From an uncultured bacterium (GTDB lineage: Bacteria > Chloroflexota > UBA5177 > JANWHV01): a DNA stretch of 64,000 nt. Shown in pieces: positions 1 to 8,647 of the stretch. The notes under the pieces are model-generated. The model was not told the origin of the DNA and searched no databases. It worked only from the letters and a program-made list of their open reading frames with translations. Every line of letters begins with the position of its first letter. Position 1 is the stretch's first letter. The position numbers and the translations under genes were made by a program. Location: positions 544,001-608,000 of the forward strand of contig CAWHAE010000016.1 in the NCBI GenBank assembly GCA_963827235.1, written 5' to 3'.

Positions 1-74
1 ACGTTCTGCAGCTCTTCGCCAAAGCGAAGCAGTTCAAGCTGCCGCTGGATGCTATCTCCGTCGATCGGAGTTAG
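1..74 (+). CDS. 3' end of an unidentified CDS (partial; ...VLQLFAKAKQFKLPLDAISVDRS*)
   Basis: Open frame from base 3 with GC-rich third positions, ending TAG at 72-74; too short to assign. Confidence 0.5.
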   Translation, partial: VLQLFAKAKQFKLPLDAISVDRS

Positions 75-140
75 TGGGTATGCCACTCCTGCGCCTCGCT
101 CGCCTTCCTCATAATGAGACCACTATAGGCTCTCGCGACA

Positions 141-168
141 TTGTGAAGCAAGCAATCCACGTTACACT
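141..168 (+). promoter_or_regulatory. putative sigma70-type promoter TTGTGA-N16-TACACT
   Basis: Hexamers directly upstream of the structured region starting at ~170. Confidence 0.4.
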
Positions 169-169
169 C

Positions 170-359
170 TGCCGCGGGTCGCTGCTCCGCAGCGTCAGAA
201 GGTGCGAGTCGTACGGTCTGACGTTGTGCCCCTCCTAGCCGGCGAGATGGTTGGACTCGTGATATCGTGCGAGGTAACCTCAGCCTTGGGGCAACCCGCC
301 GGTCAAGTCGGTACGTCGGCTCCAAATATCGCATCAGTATAGGAGCGACTCGTGCGGCA
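170..359 (+). ncRNA. candidate structured RNA (rod-like 5' leader of MFS gene or 6S-like RNA)
   Basis: Nested helices 174-183/344-353, 201-207/329-335, 218-224/313-319, 238-244/297-303, 249-253/292-296, plus two terminal hairpins. Confidence 0.4.
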
Positions 360-1749
360 ACATGGCACCATCGGCTATGCTGCCCGCGCCATGCGCGGAT
401 ATTTCGCGACGAACTTGCCGGTCGGCCCGACGGTCCAGCATGACTTCCGCCTCGATCTGACGAGCGGTCTGCTGTACGGGGTGTTCAATGGCAGCGCGGT
501 CGGTTATATCTATGTCGTCGCGCGGACCATTGGGGTAAGCCAGACCGGGATCAGCCTGCTGATGGCCATGGCGGCGGTGGGCGCCATACTGTCGCTGCCA
601 GTGTCCATGATTCCCCGGGGCGGAAACGGCGGTCGGACACTCATGTTCGGCGCCTGGACCGCGGGACGCGCGTCGGTTCTCCTGCTGCTTCTCTTCAGCT
701 CACCCGGTCCATACATGATTATCGCTTCGCTGTTCCTGATCAGCAGCAGCATCGCGACGCCCTTCTACGCCGAGGTGCTGCAGGCCATCTATCCGCGCGA
801 GTTTCGAGGCAGGCTGATGAGCTTGGTGCGCATCGGCGGCGGCTCGGTGACCACGCTTGCCTCCCTGGGAACTGCCTGGCTGCTGGGTGTTCGGCATGCC
901 CCCTTCCAGACCGTGTTTGCAGGCGCCGCGGTAATGGCGCTCCTTTCCGTGTACGCCTTTGCCAGGGTGACGCCGGTCCGTCCGCCACCGCGTCCCAGGC
1001 CGCCGCTGCGCGATACGTTCGGCATTCTGCGACGAAACTCAGGATTTGCCGGCTACCAGCTCTGGGTGTTCTTCATGGGCTCGGGCAATATTATGAGTGC
1101 CACGCTCTACCCGCTGGTGATAGTCGACAAGATGCACGCCGGATATGGGCCCTTCGGCGTGCTCTCGGTGATTACGGCTCTTGGCTACCTGATGTCGTTC
1201 TTTGTCTGGGGTCGTGTGGTAGATCGCAAGGGGCCCCTGTTTACGATGCTCGTTGTCGGCATCTGCATCATCACCATGCCCGTAGGCCTGCTTGTGGCTC
1301 CAAGCGCCTACTGGTTGCTACCGTTCATGTTTGTAAACGGGATTGCCAATGCCGGCTTCGAGATTGGACCTTTCGCGGCAGTCATTCATTTCAGCGCGAG
1401 CGCGCCGCGTGACGTGCCGCGCTACATGGCACTGCACTCTATCCTGTCCGGCACTCGCGGCCTGATCTTCCCGTTTGTCGCCACGCTCGTGCTCGCGAGC
1501 CATCAATACTCGAGAACCCTGACCGTCGCCGTGGCAATCTCCGCGATCGGCACTTTCATGCTCTGGCGGCTCGCTCGACAAGAGGCGCGTGGTGGACCCA
1601 CTCAGATTGACCAGGCTTCAGCGGAGGTGCCGGCGGCGTACGCGACAACTTCCGCCGAGGCCGGAACGGCGGGCACCGCGTCGCCGGTCCAGCCGGCCTG
1701 CGCCAACGGTACCTCTGGTTCTACCGCTGTAAGCCGGAACGGAGTATGA
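352..1749 (+). CDS. MFS transporter
   Basis: ~12 hydrophobic segments, WGRVVDRKG loop motif, AGGAG RBS before GTG. Confidence 0.85.
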   Translation: MRQHGTIGYAARAMRGYFATNLPVGPTVQHDFRLDLTSGLLYGVFNGSAVGYIYVVARTIGVSQTGISLLMAMAAVGAILSLPVSMIPRGGNGGRTLMFGAWTAGRASVLLLLLFSSPGPYMIIASLFLISSSIATPFYAEVLQAIYPREFRGRLMSLVRIGGGSVTTLASLGTAWLLGVRHAPFQTVFAGAAVMALLSVYAFARVTPVRPPPRPRPPLRDTFGILRRNSGFAGYQLWVFFMGSGNIMSATLYPLVIVDKMHAGYGPFGVLSVITALGYLMSFFVWGRVVDRKGPLFTMLVVGICIITMPVGLLVAPSAYWLLPFMFVNGIANAGFEIGPFAAVIHFSASAPRDVPRYMALHSILSGTRGLIFPFVATLVLASHQYSRTLTVAVAISAIGTFMLWRLARQEARGGPTQIDQASAEVPAAYATTSAEAGTAGTASPVQPACANGTSGSTAVSRNGV

Positions 1750-1778
1750 TTGCATCGGTAGAATCCGCTAGCTATCAT
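1750..1778 (+). promoter_or_regulatory. putative sigma70 promoter TTGCAT-N17-TATCAT
   Basis: Near-consensus hexamers with 17-bp spacer upstream of the RDD gene. Confidence 0.5.
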
Positions 1779-1807
1779 GCTCGCGGCTACCGTCGGGCTG
1801 TCGAGCA

Positions 1808-2788
1808 GTGGAGCCTCTCGTGAAGACATTCTGTCCATTCTGCGGCATCGCCAACGTGTCGGAAGCCGCGGTTTGCCGTGCATGCGGAACCCCACTGCCC
1901 TTGGCGGCTGACGGCGAGGCGCCGGTTACACAGAGCAGCAGCTTCCGCGCGGACGGACAGACATTCGAGGTCGGCGTGCCATACCCGGCACCGCCGACGA
2001 ATGGTTATGTGCCGCAGTCTGCCTGGCCGAATGCAGCCTCACCACAGTTGCCGTCGCGACAGACGCGCGGGTCCGGCGGACGGCCGGCCTGGGATCCGTC
2101 GAGCCGTCAAGCGCCACCCGTGTACGGCGGCTCTGTGACCCCGACCGGACCGTACAACGGGGCGTATCCGGCCCAGTACGTGCCTGTCCAGCAACCCTCC
2201 GTGAATATGTATCTCCCGGGAGACCCACGAGCCAGTGCCCAGTTTTCGGCTGGTGGTGGGGTGCTGCCCTCCGATCCGCGCTTTCCCGCGACGCCGCTTG
2301 CCGGGCCATATGCAGTCGCTCCCTACGGCGCCGGCGCTCCGCCGATGCAGTTTGCCACGGTGCCTGCCTATCTCCAGACCGGACAACCCGAGCTCGCCGA
2401 CTTCGGCATGAGGCTCGGGGCATTTCTGCTCGATGCGACGGCCCTGTCGGTACCCTGGTTCATCTTGATGGGATTGGCGGCGGCAACCGCCTCTACCACG
2501 CTGGCTGGGTTGACGCTCATGCTCATGTTCCTGGGACCGGCGCTGTACTTTGTGACTGCATGGGCGAACGGGGGCCAGACCCTCGGCTACCGCGCGCTCG
2601 GGCTCCGGCTTGTGCGCACGGATGGCTCTCGCCCGGGTGTCGGTTCAGCGATCGCGCGTTGCTTGGGCATATTCATCTGCCTGAGCATGCTGATACCGGG
2701 CGTCCTCGGTTTCATGTGGATGCTCTGGGACGATCGAAAGCAGACCCTGCACGACAAGATGAGCGACACGCTGGTCGTGAAGTCTTGA
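1808..2788 (+). CDS. RDD family membrane protein with N-terminal zinc ribbon and Pro-rich linker
   Basis: CPFCG..CRACG; LADFGMRLGAFLLD, GQTLG and KQTLHDKMSDTLVV RDD motifs. Confidence 0.85.
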   Translation: MEPLVKTFCPFCGIANVSEAAVCRACGTPLPLAADGEAPVTQSSSFRADGQTFEVGVPYPAPPTNGYVPQSAWPNAASPQLPSRQTRGSGGRPAWDPSSRQAPPVYGGSVTPTGPYNGAYPAQYVPVQQPSVNMYLPGDPRASAQFSAGGGVLPSDPRFPATPLAGPYAVAPYGAGAPPMQFATVPAYLQTGQPELADFGMRLGAFLLDATALSVPWFILMGLAAATASTTLAGLTLMLMFLGPALYFVTAWANGGQTLGYRALGLRLVRTDGSRPGVGSAIARCLGIFICLSMLIPGVLGFMWMLWDDRKQTLHDKMSDTLVVKS

Positions 2789-2868
2789 GTGCAGCATAGT
2801 GCAGCGTGCGCCCGTGTCGGGTGGTTCCCCGCCATAGTGTTGTGCCTCCGAAAGCCAACCGCGGTCAT

Positions 2869-2898
2869 TTGACTGTCGACTTCGCCAAACCCTATGAT
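2869..2898 (+). promoter_or_regulatory. putative sigma70 promoter TTGACT-N18-TATGAT
   Basis: 5/6 + 5/6 consensus match upstream of the ANTAR regulator. Confidence 0.6.
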
Positions 2899-2921
2899 TC
2901 TGTTTAGGGAGGGAGGTGAGT

Positions 2922-3512
2922 ATGCCCAACTCGGCAACGCGCATCGTGATCGCGGATGACGAACCGCTCATTCGGATCGACTTGCGCGAGAACCTGGAAA
3001 GCCTTGGTTACGAGGTCGTGGGCGAGGCAGCCGACGGCAAACACGCCGTGGAAATGGCGCGGAAGCTGCGCCCAGACATCGTGATCATGGATATCAAAAT
3101 GCCGGAGATGACCGGTATCGAGGCATTACGCGTCCTCACGGAGGAGAACATCGCGCCCGTGCTGCTGTTGACGGCGTACGGCGAGGGCGATCTCGTCCAG
3201 CAAGCAAGTGACGCAGGCGCCGTTGCGTACCTGGTCAAACCCTACCGGCAGTCCGATCTGCAGCCGCATATCGAGGTCGCGCTGGCCCGATTTAGCGAGC
3301 TGAGAACGCTTAGAACCGAGTTGGATGACGTTCGGGAGGCGCTGAACGTGAGGAAGCTTGTCGAACGCGCCAAGGGCCTCCTCATGGAGACGCAGGGGCT
3401 AAAGGAAGCCGAAGCGTTTCGCCGTATTCAGAAGCTCAGCATGGACACGCGTAAGTCCATGAAGGAAGTGGCCGAGGCAATCTTGCTCGCCCACCAGGCC
3501 ACGAAGTCCTGA
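2922..3512 (+). CDS. response regulator, REC + ANTAR RNA-binding domain (PdtaR/NasT/EutV-like)
   Basis: IADDE..MDIKMP..LTA..KP receiver; RKLVERAKGLLM..EAEAFRRIQKLSM..MKEVAEAI ANTAR domain; alternative GTG start at 2916. Confidence 0.93.
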   Translation: MPNSATRIVIADDEPLIRIDLRENLESLGYEVVGEAADGKHAVEMARKLRPDIVIMDIKMPEMTGIEALRVLTEENIAPVLLLTAYGEGDLVQQASDAGAVAYLVKPYRQSDLQPHIEVALARFSELRTLRTELDDVREALNVRKLVERAKGLLMETQGLKEAEAFRRIQKLSMDTRKSMKEVAEAILLAHQATKS

Positions 3513-3556
3513 CATCTGCCCGGGCGGTCGGGCCTGCTGTAGACACGACTCCCTCG

Positions 3557-3712
3557 GGTTACCGCCAGCCGCATCCACACCGGGCACGCTGCCAAGGAAG
3601 GCGCGATGCCCGAATGCGAGTAACCGCGCATCGTAGCGCATCCTCCGCCGACGCAGGCACAGCCACGACGAGCAGCGCTGCCCTGTTTATTGCGCAGTTA
3701 CTTGGTGGAGGA
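3557..3712 (+). promoter_or_regulatory. structured glnA leader: dual AnnGnn-hexaloop hairpins and anti-SD helix (candidate ANTAR target)
   Basis: GCC-AAGGAA-GGC (3591-3602) atop a long stem, GCGC-ATCGTA-GCGC (3626-3639), anti-SD 3641-3651 complementary to 3702-3712. Confidence 0.55.
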
Positions 3713-3718
3713 GACTGA

Positions 3719-5149
3719 ATGACACCCAGCGAGGTGCTCAAATACGCCGAGGAGAACGGAGTACGGTTCGTCGATCTGAAGTTCACCGATCTTCCTGGTA
3801 CCTGGCAACACTTCACAACCCCGATTAGCGAGCTCGAGGAAGAGACCTTTACCGAGGGCCTCGGCTTCGACGGGTCCAGCATCCGCGGATTCCAGGAGAT
3901 CAACGAGAGCGATATGCTCGTGATTCCCGATCCGTTGAGTGCCCACCTCGATCCCTTCACCGCCGTCCCTACCCTGAGCCTGATCTGCGATATCGCCGAT
4001 CCGCTGACCAAGCAGCCCTATTCGCGTGACCCACGTTACATCGCGAAGAAGGCTGAGGCCGTGGTGAAGAAGCTGGGTTTCGCCGACGCGGCGTTCTTCG
4101 GCCCCGAAGCTGAGTTCTTCATCTTCGACGACGTCCGCTACTCGTCGGCCCCCGACTACACGTTCTTCGCGGTCGACGCGGAGGAGTCGCACTGGAACAC
4201 CTCGCGCGACGAAGGTCCCAACCTCTCCAACAAGATTCGCCCCAAGGAAGGCTACTTCCCCGTAGCGCCTCAGGATAAGCTCGGAGACGTGCGAGGCGAG
4301 ATGGTTCTCACCATGATCGACTCCTTCGGCATCGCCGTGGAAACCCACCACCACGAGGTGGCGGCGCCGGGCCAGGCCGAAATCGACATGCGCTTCGACA
4401 CGCTCGTCAAGATGGCCGACAACCTGATGACCTACAAATACGTGGTGAAGAACGTCGCCAAGCGACATGGCAAAGTTGCCACCTTCATGCCGAAGCCGCT
4501 CTACGGAGACAACGGTTCGGGCATGCACGTGCACCAGAGCCTCTGGAAGGAAGGCAAGCCGCTTTTTGCCGACCCTGCCGGTTACGCGGGACTGAGCAAG
4601 CTTGCCCTGCAGTATATCGGCGGTCTGCTCATGCACGCGCCGGCTATTCTCGCCTTCGCAGCTCCGACCACCAATTCGTACCGGCGGCTCGTGCCGGGCT
4701 TCGAAGCACCCGTGAATCTCGTGTACTCAGCGCGAAATCGCAGCGCCGCCGTACGCATTCCCATGTACTCGGCCAACCCCAAGGCGAAGCGCATCGAGTT
4801 CCGACCTCCGGACCCGGCAGCGAACCCGTACCTGACCTTCGCGGCCCTGCTGTGTGCCGGCCTCGACGGAATACGTAAGGGTATCGATCCGACAAAGGAG
4901 GGCTTCGGCCCGCTGGATCGCAACATCTACGAGCTCTCGGCCGAGGAATACGAGTCTATCCGCTCGGTGCCCGGCAGTCTCGACGAGGCGCTGGCAGCGC
5001 TGCAGGAGGATAACGAGTTCCTGGTTGCCGACGGCGTCTTCACGGAGGACGTGATCGACACCTGGATCAATTACAAGCGCACCACCGAGGCGGATGAGGT
5101 CAGGCTGCGGCCCACTCCCCACGAGTACTACTTGTATTTCGACGTCTGA
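3719..5149 (+). CDS. glnA: glutamine synthetase type I
   Basis: [45 protein letters not shown] motifs; adenylylation-loop-like RNIYEL. Confidence 0.98.
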   Translation: MTPSEVLKYAEENGVRFVDLKFTDLPGTWQHFTTPISELEEETFTEGLGFDGSSIRGFQEINESDMLVIPDPLSAHLDPFTAVPTLSLICDIADPLTKQPYSRDPRYIAKKAEAVVKKLGFADAAFFGPEAEFFIFDDVRYSSAPDYTFFAVDAEESHWNTSRDEGPNLSNKIRPKEGYFPVAPQDKLGDVRGEMVLTMIDSFGIAVETHHHEVAAPGQAEIDMRFDTLVKMADNLMTYKYVVKNVAKRHGKVATFMPKPLYGDNGSGMHVHQSLWKEGKPLFADPAGYAGLSKLALQYIGGLLMHAPAILAFAAPTTNSYRRLVPGFEAPVNLVYSARNRSAAVRIPMYSANPKAKRIEFRPPDPAANPYLTFAALLCAGLDGIRKGIDPTKEGFGPLDRNIYELSAEEYESIRSVPGSLDEALAALQEDNEFLVADGVFTEDVIDTWINYKRTTEADEVRLRPTPHEYYLYFDV

Positions 5150-5215
5150 GCCGCGGACCTTGCCGCCGGTCGGCACCACGGGTTGCCCGGTGGCTCGCGA
5201 CATGACGTAGAAGAA

Positions 5216-5252
5216 TATGCCCGCCGCCCAATGGGCGGCGGGCATACGTTTC
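5216..5252. terminator. bidirectional intrinsic terminator after glnA
   Basis: Perfect inverted repeat TATGCCCGCCGCCCA-A-TGGGCGGCGGGCATA between convergent genes. Confidence 0.8.
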
Positions 5253-5309
5253 TGCACCGGCTTCGGCGGGAACCAGCACGACCCTACCCGACCGGGCGCC
5301 GGGCTGCCG

Positions 5310-5900
5310 TCAATGGTCTGTCGCGCGAGCGTCCAGCTCCTCCTGCGAGGGTGCCGCCTCAGGCTCCGCTGGCTTGCCGGCAGACGCGGAAGCGTTCTGG
5401 TCCGGATGGGCAGGGCCGCTGCCAGACTCGTCGTGCTTCACTTCGATCCAGTTCTCCTCGCCAAAGTCTTCGTCGTCGTCGCCACCCCGTTGCGTGAAGT
5501 AGGCGATCACGGCGCCGACGATCAGCCCGAACACAAGGAAGCGGAAGAATCCACCACCCGACCGTTTCGCGGCGGGCTTCTCGCCGAGGGATTCGGCAAC
5601 CGTTTCGGCGGCCTCGGCCACGGCGGACTTCGCGGCAGCGATCGGCTCCCCAGCGCTCGCCGCGACCGACTTCGCCGCGGCCGCTATCTGATCTGCGGCG
5701 GCCTGCGCAACGACCACGGGCTCAGCGTGCTTGGCCCCCACGATAGCCTGCTCGGCCAGGGTCTTCGCGGTCTCGATCAACTGCAGCAAGGACTGTTGCA
5801 CCAATTGCTGCACCGCATCCTTCGTCGCATCGGAGATCTGCTGCGCGGCATCCTTTACCGTGTCCTTCACAGTCTCGCGAATCTCCTCTAGATCTGGCAC
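5310..5900 (-). CDS. hypothetical Ala-rich protein with one TM helix
   Basis: Amphipathic Ala-rich N-terminus, FFRFLVFGLIVGAVIAYF segment, GAGG RBS before GTG at 5900. Confidence 0.75.
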   Translation of the reverse strand: MPDLEEIRETVKDTVKDAAQQISDATKDAVQQLVQQSLLQLIETAKTLAEQAIVGAKHAEPVVVAQAAADQIAAAAKSVAASAGEPIAAAKSAVAEAAETVAESLGEKPAAKRSGGGFFRFLVFGLIVGAVIAYFTQRGGDDDEDFGEENWIEVKHDESGSGPAHPDQNASASAGKPAEPEAAPSQEELDARATDH

Positions 5901-6131
5901 TCGTTCATTCCTCTCTGCTACGGCAGCACCAGGCACGATACATGGTGACTGTAACGCATAATCGGGTTCTCAGGAACTTTCCTCTATTCTACTATGACAG
6001 AGGCGGCGGCTAGGGCACGCCCGCGATCGCGAATGTAGCAACCGCGACTTGCAGTGAAGCGGTAACCGCGCGATTATGAGCGTGGCAGGTGGTCGTTGAA
6101 AGACTGCCGGATCATCCGGCAGAGGGGTTAC

Positions 6132-6305
6132 GTGATGAACCGGTTCGTGATAGGCATCGTAGCCGTACTGGTCGCCGTCTGGCTGATCTTCGCCGTGTTC
6201 AACGCGGTCAAGGGCCTCATTCACCTGGCGCTCGTTATTGCCATTCTCCTGATCGCCTACAACCTTCTGATGAGTCTCAGGAGCCGCTGGAACGACCCCG
6301 ACTGA
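6132..6305 (+). CDS. small two-TM membrane protein
   Basis: Highly hydrophobic 57-aa ORF, AGAGGGG RBS. Confidence 0.75.
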   Translation: MMNRFVIGIVAVLVAVWLIFAVFNAVKGLIHLALVIAILLIAYNLLMSLRSRWNDPD

Positions 6306-6645
6306 ACGGCCGACCTGCGTGTGAGCGAGCTGACGAGATTCGCGGCGTACCGCTAGCGCGAGCCTCTCGCCCCATTCGCTATGGCGGACGCAGCGGGCAG
6401 GATGCGCACGGTCCTCTGATCGGGCACGTCGCCGTTCCTCCTCGCGATTGGCCGGCCGTATCGATCTCCGGATTCCGTTCTGCACGTTGGCGTACCTGCA
6501 ACGTGTGCTCCCGGTCATCGGCCCGCGATTCTTGACCCGCCGCCAGTGCCGGCACTGACATGCCTGACGCGGCCTCCCTCGATGTAGGAGAACAGGTCGC
6601 CGCCCGAACCCACCAGTCGGCGCAGTGCACCTGTGCACCGTGCCG

Positions 6646-6674
6646 ATGACGCGCTCGGGCCGGGCCGCTATACT
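6646..6674 (+). promoter_or_regulatory. putative pur operon promoter ATGACG-N17-TATACT
   Basis: Near-consensus hexamers ~80 bp upstream of purF. Confidence 0.5.
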
Positions 6675-6753
6675 CAGATGTGTCCCTCTGTTCGGCGCTG
6701 CATCTTGGGGCGTCGTGTGTCGCCGCAGGCCAGCGAAATGAACCGGAGTTGAG

Positions 6754-8256
6754 GTGCTTGGCTCGAGTTCAGCTAGTCAGCAACCTTCCCCGCCTGCCAG
6801 GTCAGACATTCCTTCAGTACCGGTGACCGCCATCGAGCACTCGACACCTGCCTCGGACAGTCCGCGCGAGGCGTGCGGCGTGTTCGGCATCATCGCTCCC
6901 GGCGCCGACGTGGCTCGCGCTGCATACTATGGCCTCTATACGCTGCAGCACCGGGGCCAGGAGAGTGCCGGGATCGCCGTGGCGGATGGCAGGTCGATTC
7001 GACTTCGGCGCGAGATGGGTTTGGTATCCCAGGTATTCAACGACGCTGAGCTCAATGACCTGCGAGGCGATCTTGCTGTTGGCCACTGCCGCTACTCGAC
7101 GACGGGAGCAAGCCAGCTGGCCAATGCGCAGCCGATCGTGGTAATTGACGCCCCGGGGTCGCCGCAGGCCGGAGAGCCGCTGGCAATCGCGCACAATGGC
7201 AACCTGGTCAACGTCGACACTATACAGGCCCAGCTCGCTGAGTCCGGCGTGCGGTTCCAATCTACGAGCGACAGCGAAGTGATCATCCAGCTCGTTAGAA
7301 TGACGAGCGGCCGTACGTGGCTCGAGCGCATTGCGCGCGCACTGTCCACGCTCTCCGGCGCATTCAGCCTGGTGTTCGCTTCGCGTACCGACCTCTATGC
7401 CGCGCGGGACCGATGGGGCATTCGCCCGCTCTGCCTCGGCAAGCTGGAAGGAGGCTGGGCTGTGGCATCGGAGTCCTGCGCGCTGGACGCCGTGGGCGCT
7501 GAGCTCGTGCGCGAGCTCCTGCCCGGCGAGGTGCTGAGAATAGGGCGAGACGGGCCGGAGTCGGTTCAGTATGCCGAATCGTCGCCCCACCTGTGCTCAT
7601 TCGAATTCATCTACTTCGCTCGTCCCGACAGCGTGATCGAGGGACGCAGCGTGCATAGCGCCCGCGTCGCTCTGGGACGGCAGCTGGCCATCGAGCATCC
7701 CGTGGATGGTGATATGGTCATGCCCGTCCCGGAGTCGGGAATCCCGATGGCGGTCGGCTACGCCAGGCAGTCGCGTATCCCCTACGGCGATGGGCTGGTG
7801 AAGAACCGCTACATCGGCCGCACCTTCATCTCTCCCACGCAGCTCGAGCGCAACCGCGGCATTCACCTCAAGTTCAACCCGTTGAGCGGCGAGCTCCGCG
7901 ACAAGCGGCTGATCGTGATCGAGGACTCGCTGATACGCGGCACCACCAGCCGCCCGTTGGTGGCCATGCTGCGCCGGGCGGGAGCCCGCGAGGTTCACCT
8001 ACGCATCGCGTCGCCGCCTTACCGTTATCCGTGTCACCTGGGCATGGACACGAGTCGCCGCTCGGAGCTGATCGCCGCCAACCACACGCACCAAGAGATT
8101 CTCGAGTACACGGGCGCCGACTCGCTGGAGTACCTGAGCATCGACGGGCTGATCGCGGCCGTGGGCCGTCACGAGGCGCATTCGTGCCGCGCGTGCATGG
8201 ACGGGCGGTATCCTATGCCCGTGCAACCTGAGCTCGAGGCCGCGGCGACATCGTAG
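6754..8256 (+). CDS. purF: amidophosphoribosyltransferase
   Basis: Propeptide then CGVFG, LQHRGQESAGI, HNGNL, CSFEFIYFARPDS, DSLIRGTT, Fe-S Cys (PCHLGMD, CRAC). Confidence 0.97.
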   Translation: MLGSSSASQQPSPPARSDIPSVPVTAIEHSTPASDSPREACGVFGIIAPGADVARAAYYGLYTLQHRGQESAGIAVADGRSIRLRREMGLVSQVFNDAELNDLRGDLAVGHCRYSTTGASQLANAQPIVVIDAPGSPQAGEPLAIAHNGNLVNVDTIQAQLAESGVRFQSTSDSEVIIQLVRMTSGRTWLERIARALSTLSGAFSLVFASRTDLYAARDRWGIRPLCLGKLEGGWAVASESCALDAVGAELVRELLPGEVLRIGRDGPESVQYAESSPHLCSFEFIYFARPDSVIEGRSVHSARVALGRQLAIEHPVDGDMVMPVPESGIPMAVGYARQSRIPYGDGLVKNRYIGRTFISPTQLERNRGIHLKFNPLSGELRDKRLIVIEDSLIRGTTSRPLVAMLRRAGAREVHLRIASPPYRYPCHLGMDTSRRSELIAANHTHQEILEYTGADSLEYLSIDGLIAAVGRHEAHSCRACMDGRYPMPVQPELEAAATS

Positions 8257-8287
8257 CGGCCAACACTCGAAGGCAGAAGGAGGATCC

Positions 8288-8647
8288 ATGGACCTCGCGG
8301 ATATTCTCGCAACTATGGTGGCCGACGAAGGCCTTTCGGTGGCACTCATCGTGGGCGGCGACGGAATCCTGGTCGAGGGAGAGTGCCGTGACGGCATCGA
8401 TCTGCCCTCGATCGCGGCCCTGGCCAGCAGATCTCTGAACGACCTCCACCATCTTGCCCGCACCTTGAATGCCGGCGCCACGCGCCGCATGCGACTGCGC
8501 TTCGACCGCTACGAGCTGCTGATCGAGACATTGACAGACACGGACATCCTGGTAGCGGGTGTGTCCAGCGCCTCGGCGGGAGAACGGCTGATGGAGGCCA
8601 CCGCCCGATTCCGCACAGATCTGCGCAAGATGCTGAGTGAGCTCTAG
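8288..8647 (+). CDS. roadblock/LC7 (MglB-like) domain protein
   Basis: ALIVGGDGILVE..IAALAS pattern, 119 aa, AAGGAGG RBS. Confidence 0.8.
   Translation: MDLADILATMVADEGLSVALIVGGDGILVEGECRDGIDLPSIAALASRSLNDLHHLARTLNAGATRRMRLRFDRYELLIETLTDTDILVAGVSSASAGERLMEATARFRTDLRKMLSEL

Noticed and set aside
3654-3691. Intrinsic terminator in the glnA leader (classical ANTAR antitermination)
   Set aside because: The stem is weak and interrupted and does not overlap P2; the anti-SD helix explains the region better
6306-6753. Purine, ZTP or PRPP riboswitch upstream of purF
   Set aside because: None of the conserved aptamer sequences is visible, and the likely promoter leaves only a ~75-nt leader
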